DNA of 64,000 nucleotides, taken from contig OZ252291.1 in the NCBI GenBank assembly GCA_965250155.1, forward strand, positions 708,583-772,582, given 5' to 3'. The first letter of the stretch is position 1. Each line of letters starts with the position of its first letter. This DNA is from Gemmatimonadales bacterium (GTDB lineage Bacteria > Gemmatimonadota > Gemmatimonadetes > Gemmatimonadales > GWC2-71-9). Position numbers and translations under genes: made by a program. Of this stretch, positions 28,315 through 36,990 are shown piece by piece. The notes beneath the pieces were generated by a model that did not search any database, was not told the origin of the DNA, and worked only from the letters and a program-made list of their open reading frames with translations.

Positions 28315-29151
28315 TCAGTGTCGCGGCTGCGGCAGGCTCTGCTTGAGAACGACAGAGCCCTCCGGCTCATCCACCGCGTGCCATTTGAAGAACAGAATAG
28401 TCGCGGCGGTAAACACCGCAACGGCGCCTCCGAGCTTCATGATCAAGCCCGCGATCAGTTGATCCTCTCCCGCGGAAATCCATCCGACCCGTGGAGCCAA
28501 CTCGTACAGCTCGTACAGGGGATACGTGGCAAAGATGAGAAACGCGGCCGGCGCCGCCGGCACGATGATCGAGACGAGGAGATATCCCAGGCGACCAGGG
28601 TAGGAGAGTCCGTTCATTTCAGGCATCGGGTTGATCACCGGCCACCACAGGGCAAACCCGGCGACGATCCATGCCAGATCCAGCCCAAAGGTGCCGAGCT
28701 GCGTTGGCATCCAGCCGTCCACCACCTCCGGAAAGTGAGTGGCAACGACCAGAACGTTGAAGGTTACAAGGGCAATCAATGGCCGCGTCACCAGCTCCGC
28801 CACTCGCCGCACGTGGCGGGGCCGAAAGGCGCGCCGCCAGATGGCGGATGAAGTTCCCAGCAACAGCAGTGGTGGAGCCACCATGGTGAACAACACGAAC
28901 TGGGCTTGGTGCACGGAGAGCAGATATCCAGCGCCGAGGGCGCCCACCGGCCAGTCGGCACCAATCCACAAGTACAGCAGGCCTACAAAAAAGAACCGTT
29001 TCTCGCGGGGCGTGGCCCTGTCACTCGGCTCGAGACCGGCGTTGGCCCGCAGATACGCGGCCGCCACGGCCGCAACCAGCAACCACACTCCGGGGTAGGG
29101 CCGCCACTCCCAGGTCCACGGCAGTCCTTGGGCCGAGCACCACCAGGTCAT
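28315..29151 (-). CDS. ctaG: cytochrome c oxidase assembly factor CtaG (caa3-type, membrane)
   Basis: N-terminus WTWEWRPYPGVWLLV in a multi-TM protein with the VHQAQFVLFT pattern. 4-nt overlap with the SCO gene. Confidence 0.7.
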   Translation of the reverse strand: MTWWCSAQGLPWTWEWRPYPGVWLLVAAVAAAYLRANAGLEPSDRATPREKRFFFVGLLYLWIGADWPVGALGAGYLLSVHQAQFVLFTMVAPPLLLLGTSSAIWRRAFRPRHVRRVAELVTRPLIALVTFNVLVVATHFPEVVDGWMPTQLGTFGLDLAWIVAGFALWWPVINPMPEMNGLSYPGRLGYLLVSIIVPAAPAAFLIFATYPLYELYELAPRVGWISAGEDQLIAGLIMKLGGAVAVFTAATILFFKWHAVDEPEGSVVLKQSLPQPRH

Positions 29152-29774
29152 TCGTGCGACGGCGGCCCGTTCTCGACCAGCATGGGAAGATCGTGGGCCC
29201 AGTCCTCCTGGCGCGTCCCGAAGGCGTACATCACGTGGGCCTTGTTGTCGGTCGTGTATGCCAGGACCTGTGCGGCATGAGCCATCCCATATTCACCGGA
29301 CGGCATCTCTTCCCGAAACGCCGGGCCGAGTCCGATGGAAGCCTGTATGGCGTTCACCTCGTCCAATGTGCCACGGAGTCCTACGAATTTGCGATCGAAA
29401 TGGCCGAGCCATTCGCGCAGCCTCTCGGGAGTGTCTCTCTCCGGGTCCGTCGTCACGAACACCACTTTGATCTGATTGGCCACGTCGGGAGTGAGCTTCT
29501 TCAGTACCGCGCTGATGTTTGCCATGTGTAACGGGCAGATGTCCGGGCAGTACGTGTAGCCGAAGAAGAGCAGTGTGACGAAGCCCTCTGTTTCCTTTAG
29601 AAACGAGAAGTCGTCGCCGTTCATGGATTCGAGGGTGAAGTCCGCCTTGGGGAGCGGGTCGTCTACGATCCAGCCGCGCAGCTCCGAGGGCTTCCAGGAC
29701 TTCCGTCCTTCTATGGCGCAGCCGCCCAGCAGCAGGGCGACCGCGCCTGTCAGTATCGCGCCTCGCCGAATCAT
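29148..29774 (-). CDS. SCO1/SenC copper chaperone lipoprotein
   Basis: Lipobox LLGGCA and CxxxC in FFGYTYCPDICP, with a downstream conserved His. Confidence 0.85.
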   Translation of the reverse strand: MIRRGAILTGAVALLLGGCAIEGRKSWKPSELRGWIVDDPLPKADFTLESMNGDDFSFLKETEGFVTLLFFGYTYCPDICPLHMANISAVLKKLTPDVANQIKVVFVTTDPERDTPERLREWLGHFDRKFVGLRGTLDEVNAIQASIGLGPAFREEMPSGEYGMAHAAQVLAYTTDNKAHVMYAFGTRQEDWAHDLPMLVENGPPSHE

Positions 29775-29897
29775 CTATGCCTCCTGAAGCTGCGTTCTTC
29801 GATTTCGAGTGGGCCGGGGGCGTAAGATAACCGTCGTTCCCCGGGCTGTCGCCCCGGGGTTAGCTCTGGCAGCCGGAGGGTGAGGGGTGCGGAGGAC

Positions 29898-30587
29898 CTA
29901 CCACTCCAACCCACAGGCCTCGGCCAAAAACCGCATGAACGGCTTGGCTGCAGTGCAGGTTTTCGTAAAGCGGTCGAGGAACGCGGGCGCCACGAGGTCT
30001 TTCTCCTTCAGCTTAGTCACCGCGATGAAGTCCTTGCGTCGAAGATCTTCGATCAACGGGTGGCCCGGGTCGTAGCCCTTGGGTGCGCGCTTCAGCGAGT
30101 CTCCGGCCAGTTCAAATCTCTCGGCGAAGGCCTTGGCCGATTCGGCTCGTTTCCATTTGGCTGGACTCTCGACGATGGCGTCGCGCAGCAGCTTCAACGT
30201 GTCCGAATCGGGATGCCAGATCCCAACCCCGATAAAAGCCTGCTGGGGCTCGATGTGAAGGTAGAAGCCCGGGGCGTGAACGTCCTTGGCCCGCTCGTGG
30301 CGAAACTGCACACCGGCGTAGGTCTTGTACGGGCGCTTGTCGTGGGAGAATCGTGTGTCGCGGTGAATGCGAAACAGAGAGCCGCCGACTTTGCTGGGAT
30401 TAGCAACGAAGTGGGGGCTGATCTTGGCGAGGCGTGGGCCGAATGCCTCGATGAATTTCAAAAGCGGCTGGCGTACGTCGCTCTCGTAGCGATCCTTGTT
30501 CTTCTGAAACCACTCGCGGTTGTTGTTTGTCTTGAGCTGTTTGAGGAACTGGAGGAGTCCTGGTTGAAGATGAGCGGTCTTCGGCAT
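29898..30587 (-). CDS. DUF2461 (TIGR02453) family protein
   Basis: Motifs FLKQLKTNNNREWFQKNKDRYE and SLFRIHRDTRFSHDKRPYKT. The start was taken at MPKTAHL. Confidence 0.75.
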   Translation of the reverse strand: MPKTAHLQPGLLQFLKQLKTNNNREWFQKNKDRYESDVRQPLLKFIEAFGPRLAKISPHFVANPSKVGGSLFRIHRDTRFSHDKRPYKTYAGVQFRHERAKDVHAPGFYLHIEPQQAFIGVGIWHPDSDTLKLLRDAIVESPAKWKRAESAKAFAERFELAGDSLKRAPKGYDPGHPLIEDLRRKDFIAVTKLKEKDLVAPAFLDRFTKTCTAAKPFMRFLAEACGLEW

Positions 30588-30731
30588 GCTGGGGTCCGTG
30601 CGAGAGTCGGAGGGAAGATAAGCCGCGTGCCGGGATTCTGGATGCCCAAGAAAAAGGGCGGCTCCCAAAGGAACCGCCCTTGTACACCTCTGTCTCTCTT
30701 TCAGCTACCTCTCCCTACTATGTCGCCATCG

Positions 30732-30992
30732 CTAGATTTTCACTTTTCTGCATCCGCCCGACCCGTTTGCTTCGGCGCACGTGCCGTCTGCGTTGAAGAT
30801 GATCCCTACACCTTGAAGATTGCCACCGATCTCCACATGGAAGGAGACGTATCTCCGCTCAGGGTTCGAGAGGTCGACCACGCCCGTTAAGTCAACCCTG
30901 TCCACCAAGACTTCGAACTTTCCGTCATCTTTGATGTTCATGTGCTTGATCCCGCTGACCTTGCCCTTCAGTTTGAACTCGAATAAACCCAA
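30732..30992 (-). CDS. hypothetical small Lys-rich protein
   Basis: 86 aa ORF in a locally less GC-rich stretch. No signal peptide or recognised domain. Confidence 0.35.
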   Translation of the reverse strand: MGLFEFKLKGKVSGIKHMNIKDDGKFEVLVDRVDLTGVVDLSNPERRYVSFHVEIGGNLQGVGIIFNADGTCAEANGSGGCRKVKI

Positions 30993-31354
30993 GCGGGGTA
31001 CGAACTCAAAGTCGCTCGCTCTAAGAGATCCGTGGTGTCAGTCAACGTGTAAGAATCCTTGACAGTGCAAGCTGCTAGAATATCCGTCAGGTCGCATGTC
31101 GGCTAGGGGTCGGTGTCTAGGCCAAGTGGGGGCACCGTCAGTAAGTTGTTCTAATGGCCGAATTTCCGATGCCAAGGGGGAGAGCGCCTTGCCGGGTGCC
31201 CGGCGACGGGAACGCTCGCCGCCCTCCGAGCGCTTTCTTAGGGACGGGGTGTCTCAAAAAAAGTGTTGTGAAGCGTTTCACTCATTGCCTGGCCGAGCAT
31301 GACAGGCGAGCTTGCCATGGGACGGAGCCGCCGCCCGTAACATGAGGATGGGGT

Positions 31355-33652
31355 TTGGTGATCACACTAATCGACGACGTTCAGGACATTCTGGGTGACC
31401 GCTACACGGTCGAGCGGGAGATCGGCCGGGGAGGTATGGCCACCGTCCTTCTCGCCCGGGAGCATCGGCCGCCGCGGCAAGTGGCGATCAAGGTGCTGCG
31501 TCAGGAACTCGCCCAAGGGATGGGTCGGGAGCGTTTTATCCGGGAGGTGGAGTTCTCTTCGCAATTAACGCATCCCAACATCATTCCCATTTTCACGGCG
31601 GACGAAGTCGGCGATCTGCTGTACTACACGATGCCCTACATCGAGGGCGATTCGTTGCGGTTGCGGCTGGCCAGAGACGGCAGCTTGTCGGTCGACGAAG
31701 CGTTGCAGATCGCCCAGGAGGTAGGCGATGCGCTGCACTATGCGCACGGGCAGGGCGTGGTGCATCGCGACATCAAGCCGGAGAACATCCTACTGTCACA
31801 CGGGCACGCATTGGTAGCCGACTTTGGTGTGGCCAGAGCGGTGTGCGTGGCGTGCGACGACAACATTACGATAGCGGGCATCCCGATCGGCACGCCGGGC
31901 TACATGAGCCCGGAACAGACCAAGGGACTGGACGTGGATCCGCGCACCGACGTGTACAGTCTGGGTTGTGTGGTGTACGAGATGCTGACGGGGACACCAC
32001 CGTTCCGGGGTCCGACCATCGAAGCGATCATCGAGGCCAGGTATTCGCAGCCGACTCCAACGCTGAGTGGGGCCGGCTGGACGCTCTCGGCAACGATCGA
32101 CCGGGCGGTGCGCCGGGCGATGGATCTCGATCTCGACAAGCGCTTCGAGACGGCGGCGGATTTCATGGAGGTGTTGCGGCCAAAGATTTCCGGGGGCGGG
32201 CTCGTTGCGTCGCTCCCCCAGGATACGATCCTCCCCACTCAGGATGCTCCTGCTTCCACGCCCGGCAACAAGACTGTCGCGGTACTGCCTTTCGCCAACC
32301 TGAGCGCCGATCCGGAGAACGAGTATTTCAGCGACGGTATTACCGATGACATCATTAGCCAGCTCTCCAAGCTTGCCGATCTCGAAGTGACCTCACGCAC
32401 TTCCATAATGCAATACAAGAATACGACCAACAGCCTGGGCCAGATTGGAAACGAGCTCCAGGTGGCGTCCATTCTCGAGGGCACCGTTCGCCGCGCCGGC
32501 AACCGCGTGCGGGTCGTGGCTCAGCTCATCGACTCGAAAACCGACAAGCACTTGTGGGCCGAGCGATACGACCGAGAGCTGACCGACATCTTCGAGATCC
32601 AAAGTGAAATTGCGGAGCGCATAGCCGATGCATTGCAGGCAACGCTGTCGCCAGACGAAAAAGCGAAGCTCTCGCAAAAGCCCACCGCCAACATGGAGGC
32701 GTACAACCTCTACCTCCAAGGCCGGTTCTACTGGAACAAGTTCACCGGGGAGGGCGTCGAGCGCGCAATCGAACTCTTCGAGCGAGCGGCAGATCTCGAC
32801 GAACACTACGCCCTCGCGTACGCCGGTTTGGCGGATTGTTATCTCCTCATGTCAGTGACGGTGGGGCAGCTGCCTCCCACCGACGGGCTACCCAAGGCTA
32901 GAGTCGCAGCACTCAAGGCGATCCAACTAGACGAGACACTCGCGGACGCGCACGCCACGCTGGGCGTTGTGTGCATGTGGTACGATTTCGACTGGAACGG
33001 CGCCCAACAGGCGTTGCAACGCGCGCTGGAACTCGATCCCGAAGGTGAGAAGCCGCTCTTGATGCACAACCTCTACCTTGCGGCAATGGGCCGCCACGAG
33101 GAAGCCATCGAGTCTGCCAAGAAAGCCGCCGATCTCTTCCCCGTCTCGATGCTCACCAGTTCGCACCTTGGGCTCCAGTACTACTGGGCGCGGCGATTCG
33201 ACGAGGCCGTAGAGCATTTGAAGCAAACCCACGAGATGGATCCCAACTTCCCGCCGGCGCATTATCTCCTCGGCTGGCCGTATCTCCAACTGGGGCGCTA
33301 CGACGAAGCCATCGTCGAAGCGGAACACGCCATCGAAATGATGGGCGACACCCCTCGACGACGCGCGGCGCTGGGCACGATACTCGCGTCGGCCGGCCGC
33401 AAACAGGAGGCAGCCGAAATCCTCACGGACCTGGAACGCATCGCTGCAAGTGACGGAGACTACGTTTCGGCGGCCGATATCGCGATGCTGCACTGCGCCC
33501 TCGACCAGCGCGACCAGGCATTCGAGTGGCTGCACAAGGCCGTCGACCAACGGTCGGGGTGGCTCGGGTATCTCAACGTGGATCCCATCTGGGACCCAAT
33601 CCGGTCAGACCCTCGATTTGCGGACGTGCTTCAGCGCACCGGTTTGAGTTAG
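31355..33652 (+). CDS. Ser/Thr protein kinase with periplasmic-type middle domain and C-terminal TPR array
   Basis: Kinase motifs GRGGMATV, AIK, HRDIKPEN, DFG and GTPGYMSPE. These are followed by VAVLPFANLSADPENEYFSDGITDDII and then TPR repeats. Confidence 0.85.
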   Translation: MVITLIDDVQDILGDRYTVEREIGRGGMATVLLAREHRPPRQVAIKVLRQELAQGMGRERFIREVEFSSQLTHPNIIPIFTADEVGDLLYYTMPYIEGDSLRLRLARDGSLSVDEALQIAQEVGDALHYAHGQGVVHRDIKPENILLSHGHALVADFGVARAVCVACDDNITIAGIPIGTPGYMSPEQTKGLDVDPRTDVYSLGCVVYEMLTGTPPFRGPTIEAIIEARYSQPTPTLSGAGWTLSATIDRAVRRAMDLDLDKRFETAADFMEVLRPKISGGGLVASLPQDTILPTQDAPASTPGNKTVAVLPFANLSADPENEYFSDGITDDIISQLSKLADLEVTSRTSIMQYKNTTNSLGQIGNELQVASILEGTVRRAGNRVRVVAQLIDSKTDKHLWAERYDRELTDIFEIQSEIAERIADALQATLSPDEKAKLSQKPTANMEAYNLYLQGRFYWNKFTGEGVERAIELFERAADLDEHYALAYAGLADCYLLMSVTVGQLPPTDGLPKARVAALKAIQLDETLADAHATLGVVCMWYDFDWNGAQQALQRALELDPEGEKPLLMHNLYLAAMGRHEEAIESAKKAADLFPVSMLTSSHLGLQYYWARRFDEAVEHLKQTHEMDPNFPPAHYLLGWPYLQLGRYDEAIVEAEHAIEMMGDTPRRRAALGTILASAGRKQEAAEILTDLERIAASDGDYVSAADIAMLHCALDQRDQAFEWLHKAVDQRSGWLGYLNVDPIWDPIRSDPRFADVLQRTGLS

Positions 33653-33673
33653 GGTTATCGGCATTGCTTCACC

Positions 33674-33697
33674 GGGGTGAGGCGAAAGGGTCACCCC
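33674..33697 (+). terminator. candidate hairpin after the kinase gene
   Basis: GGGGTGA (33674-80) pairs with TCACCCC (33691-97) across a 10-nt loop. There is no T-run. Confidence 0.3.
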
Positions 33698-33798
33698 TGT
33701 CCAAGCTCCCCTTCCCAGCGCACTATTAGCCCGCCAATACTACGCCCGGTTCATTCCCCGGACGGCTCGGAAGGCAACCACGAGACGAGCAGCGCCAG

Positions 33799-35226
33799 AT
33801 GAGTTCGACACCTGAGCAGCAACTCACACCTCCCCCACCGGAAGCCTGGCCACGTGCCCGTCGACTGGCACAGACCGTCTCTCAACCGGTCGAGCGGTTC
33901 GTGCACATCGAGGCGAGCAGCGGCATCATCCTTCTGACGACGGCAGTCGCTGCCATCGTGTGGGCAAATTCTCCATGGGCCGAAAGCTATCACGCACTGT
34001 GGCGTACTCCACTCAGCTTGGGATTGGGGAGTTGGGTCTTCGAGCGGGATCTGCATTTCTGGATCAACGACTTTCTGATGGCGATTTTCTTTCTCGTCGT
34101 TGGCCTGGAAATCAAACGAGAGCTTGCCGAAGGAGCACTATCGGAGCTTAAGCGGGCCACCTTACCCCTGGCCGCGGCTTTGGGTGGCATGCTGGTCCCG
34201 GCCCTCCTGTTTTTTGCGTTCAATCCTTCGGGTCCCGGACGAACAGGATGGGGCGTGCCGATGGCGACCGACATCGCCTTCGCCGTCGGGATCCTCACGC
34301 TGCTGGGAAGCCGAGTCTCTGCGACATTGCGCGTCCTCCTGCTGGCCCTCGCCATCATCGACGACGTCGGCGCCATAGTCGTCATAGCGATCTTCTACTC
34401 TGCCGGCATCGACGTCAGCGCACTGATTTGGGTCGGGGCGGGCATCTTCGGGATCTTCGCCCTCCAGACAATCGGTATTCGCCCCGGTTTCGTCTTCGCG
34501 ATTCCGGGAATCGTGCTGTGGGCGGGGATGTTGCAGCTCGGCGTGCACCCGACGATTGCCGGAGTCATCATCGGCCTCATGACGCCGGTCAAGCCTTGGT
34601 ATGGCAAGGAGGGGTTCCTACGAGCCGCACGCAAAGCAATCGACGACTTCCAGTTGAGAGTGGACCGTCCGGATCACGACGATCACGAACTGCTTGAACC
34701 GCTGGGGCGGCTGGAACGTGCACGTAGGGAGGCCATCTCCCCCGCCAAGCGAATCGAAGCAAGCCTCCACCCTTGGGTTGCCTTCGGCATAATGCCTCTC
34801 TTTGCGCTGGCAAACGCCGGTGTCACGGTCTCGGGAGTTCAGCTTGGCGACACCACTTCGCTGGCGGTGTTCATGGGGGTGGCCCTAGGATTGGTCGTGG
34901 GAAAACCGCTGGGAATAGTCGGCTTCAGCTGGGTTTCGACACGACTCGGCTGGTGCATGCTTCCCCAGGGTGTCACGTGGGCCGGTATGTATGTGGTTGG
35001 TGCAGCCGGGGGAATCGGGTTCACGATGGCCATTTTCATCGGCGAGCTGGCATTCAGCGACGCCATGCTGACGGTAGGCAAGCTCGGCGTTCTGGTTGGG
35101 ACCATCGTCGCATCCGCGTTGGCCCTCGTTGCCGGAGTGGTTCTCTTGCCCAGGAGGCGGGCCGAAAAGGTCGACGAAATTACGCTCTCCGACGCCGAGG
35201 GAGAAACCGTGTATTGGACAGAATAG
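33799..35226 (+). CDS. nhaA: Na+/H+ antiporter NhaA
   Basis: Motifs WINDFLMAIFFLVVGLEIKRE and IIDDVGAIVVIA, with 12 TM helices. Confidence 0.9.
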   Translation: MSSTPEQQLTPPPPEAWPRARRLAQTVSQPVERFVHIEASSGIILLTTAVAAIVWANSPWAESYHALWRTPLSLGLGSWVFERDLHFWINDFLMAIFFLVVGLEIKRELAEGALSELKRATLPLAAALGGMLVPALLFFAFNPSGPGRTGWGVPMATDIAFAVGILTLLGSRVSATLRVLLLALAIIDDVGAIVVIAIFYSAGIDVSALIWVGAGIFGIFALQTIGIRPGFVFAIPGIVLWAGMLQLGVHPTIAGVIIGLMTPVKPWYGKEGFLRAARKAIDDFQLRVDRPDHDDHELLEPLGRLERARREAISPAKRIEASLHPWVAFGIMPLFALANAGVTVSGVQLGDTTSLAVFMGVALGLVVGKPLGIVGFSWVSTRLGWCMLPQGVTWAGMYVVGAAGGIGFTMAIFIGELAFSDAMLTVGKLGVLVGTIVASALALVAGVVLLPRRRAEKVDEITLSDAEGETVYWTE

Positions 35227-35239
35227 GACGGCCTACTCA

Positions 35240-35806
35240 ATGCTTTCAACGCTGGCAAGATCACGATTGGGCGTACTCGCGCTTAGCCTCCTGCTCGCCA
35301 CGGCGGCCCAGGCACAAGTCGACCTCCACCCATCCACCGTAAAGCCAGCCGCCTGGGAGCGCTTTGCCCTGCGGGCGATCAACCAGACCGACACCGCCTT
35401 CGTGGCCGTTCGGCTCACGGTGCCGGAGGCCATCATGATTCTCGGCGTCGAGCCGTTGCCCGGATGGGAGTTCCGGCTCATTGCCGGCAGTGACACCACA
35501 CCGCAGATCATCGAGTGGTCGGGCGGAGAACTCCTGAGAGGCGAGTTTCTGGAATTCGCCTTCTTCGGCCGTCTTCCCGGCGACGCGCGGCGCCGGGAGC
35601 TGGTGTTCCCGGTTCACCTCACCCGGGCGAGCGGATCGGTGGTTGCGTGGGACAACCGCTCCGGAGGCGGCGAAGCTCCAACCGTACGGATCCTGGGTAC
35701 CACCACCGTCACCGCCTGGGGGTCGCTGGCCTTGGCGGGGGTGGCCGTGGGATTGTCGGTGCTTGCAATCGCGCTGGCGGTTGGCAAGCGGCGGGGCGAG
35801 TCCTAG
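35240..35806 (+). CDS. YcnI-like DUF1775 domain protein (copper-related), C-terminal TM anchor
   Basis: Signal peptide ...TAAQA/QVDLHPSTVKPAAWERFALRAINQTD, PGWEF and a C-terminal TM helix. ATG at 35240. Confidence 0.55.
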   Translation: MLSTLARSRLGVLALSLLLATAAQAQVDLHPSTVKPAAWERFALRAINQTDTAFVAVRLTVPEAIMILGVEPLPGWEFRLIAGSDTTPQIIEWSGGELLRGEFLEFAFFGRLPGDARRRELVFPVHLTRASGSVVAWDNRSGGGEAPTVRILGTTTVTAWGSLALAGVAVGLSVLAIALAVGKRRGES

Positions 35807-36990
35807 AGTTTTTCTATCAGCAGAGCGGCACACCTGCCTCCAAAACTCTCTGCGAGAAGCAGAACTTTTTTCGCCTCACTTTCCTCGAACGTCCGCTGCA
35901 CCGTGCATGGGGGCAGGAGGGGGTCGAGCTCTTCGAGATCCAGGGTCGCTGGAATGAATCCCCCGTCGAGGGCCAAGACTGCTGCTACACCTTCAACGGC
36001 ACCAGATGCTCCCAGACAATGCCCAAAGATCGGCTTCAGGCTCGTGAGTGGAATCGCACGGAGTCGGTCTCCGAACACCGCAGCCAGACCGTTGCACTCT
36101 GCCGCGTCGTTCGCAGGGGTTCCCGTACCATGCGTCTTTATCCAACCCACGGGGGTTCCATTGCCACTCGCGAGGGCCTGCTGCGCAGCGATAGTCACTC
36201 CCGTACCATCCGGCTGCGGAGAGATCATCGAATACGCCTCACTCGCGAAGCCATAACCAGTAACGGCACCGAGTGGGACGGCACCGCGTCGACGCGCGTG
36301 GTCAGCCGCTTCGAGCACTAGCACCCCAGCTCCTTCGCCCAGCACGGTTCCGGACCGTCGTGCATCGAAAGGGCGACAAACACCATCGCGCGTGATCACA
36401 CCGGCTGCACGAAAGTTGTTGACCACGTCGGCTTGCAGTGGGCACTCGGCTCCACCCGTGACCATCAGATCCACCAGTCCTGCAGAGATTTTCTGGAATG
36501 CCTCTCCAATGGCGCAGACTGCCGAAACCGAACCAGCGGATACATGCAGCACGGGGCCCCGAAGGTCTTGAAGCTGGGAAAACGCCGCACCACCGGCGCC
36601 TGTCATGAAGCGAATGAGCGCGGTGGGCCCAATCCGCGCACCGGGCTCGGCGAGCTGTTCCCGATACACGTCCAGCAATTCCGCCATTGGGCCGAGCGAC
36701 GATCCCTCGATCACTCCGCACCGAGTTGCGTTGACCGGCCCGTCTCCGAGACCGGCGTTCTGCCAAGCCTCCAGGGCGGCGGTCAGGAAGAAGCTGGCGC
36801 TTCGGTCGAGACGCCGTGCCGCCCGGGGGATCGGAGCATCCGGCGCCCGGCCGACAGGGAGGGAGCCCAGGTCGGGCGCCCTCCGCACACCACTCGTGCC
36901 GTCGTGCAGCATAGTGCTGAGTGGATCCAGGCCCACGCCCGCCGCTGTCACAGCGCCCATCCCGGTTATCCAAACTTCGTGGGTCATCAT
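35803..36990 (-). CDS. beta-ketoacyl-ACP synthase II-like protein with Ser in place of the catalytic Cys
   Basis: A gapless alignment with E. coli FabF can be made between the RGP and GGAE anchors. THGTGTPAND and GHCLGASG retain both catalytic His residues. The codon at 36529-36531 is TCG (Ser) where FabF has Cys163. ATGA overlap with the upstream gene. Confidence 0.8.
   Translation of the reverse strand: MMTHEVWITGMGAVTAAGVGLDPLSTMLHDGTSGVRRAPDLGSLPVGRAPDAPIPRAARRLDRSASFFLTAALEAWQNAGLGDGPVNATRCGVIEGSSLGPMAELLDVYREQLAEPGARIGPTALIRFMTGAGGAAFSQLQDLRGPVLHVSAGSVSAVCAIGEAFQKISAGLVDLMVTGGAECPLQADVVNNFRAAGVITRDGVCRPFDARRSGTVLGEGAGVLVLEAADHARRRGAVPLGAVTGYGFASEAYSMISPQPDGTGVTIAAQQALASGNGTPVGWIKTHGTGTPANDAAECNGLAAVFGDRLRAIPLTSLKPIFGHCLGASGAVEGVAAVLALDGGFIPATLDLEELDPLLPPCTVQRTFEESEAKKVLLLAESFGGRCAALLIEKL

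Noticed and set aside
29880-30890. 336-aa plus-strand ORF
   Set aside because: It is antisense to the DUF2461 gene, whose family motifs are clear. It shows no motifs of its own and spans an intergenic gap implausibly.
31058-31086. Promoter-like TTGACA ... TAGAAT upstream of the kinase gene
   Set aside because: The spacer between the two hexamers is only about 11 nt, and alternative -10 placements are poor. This is not reportable as a promoter.
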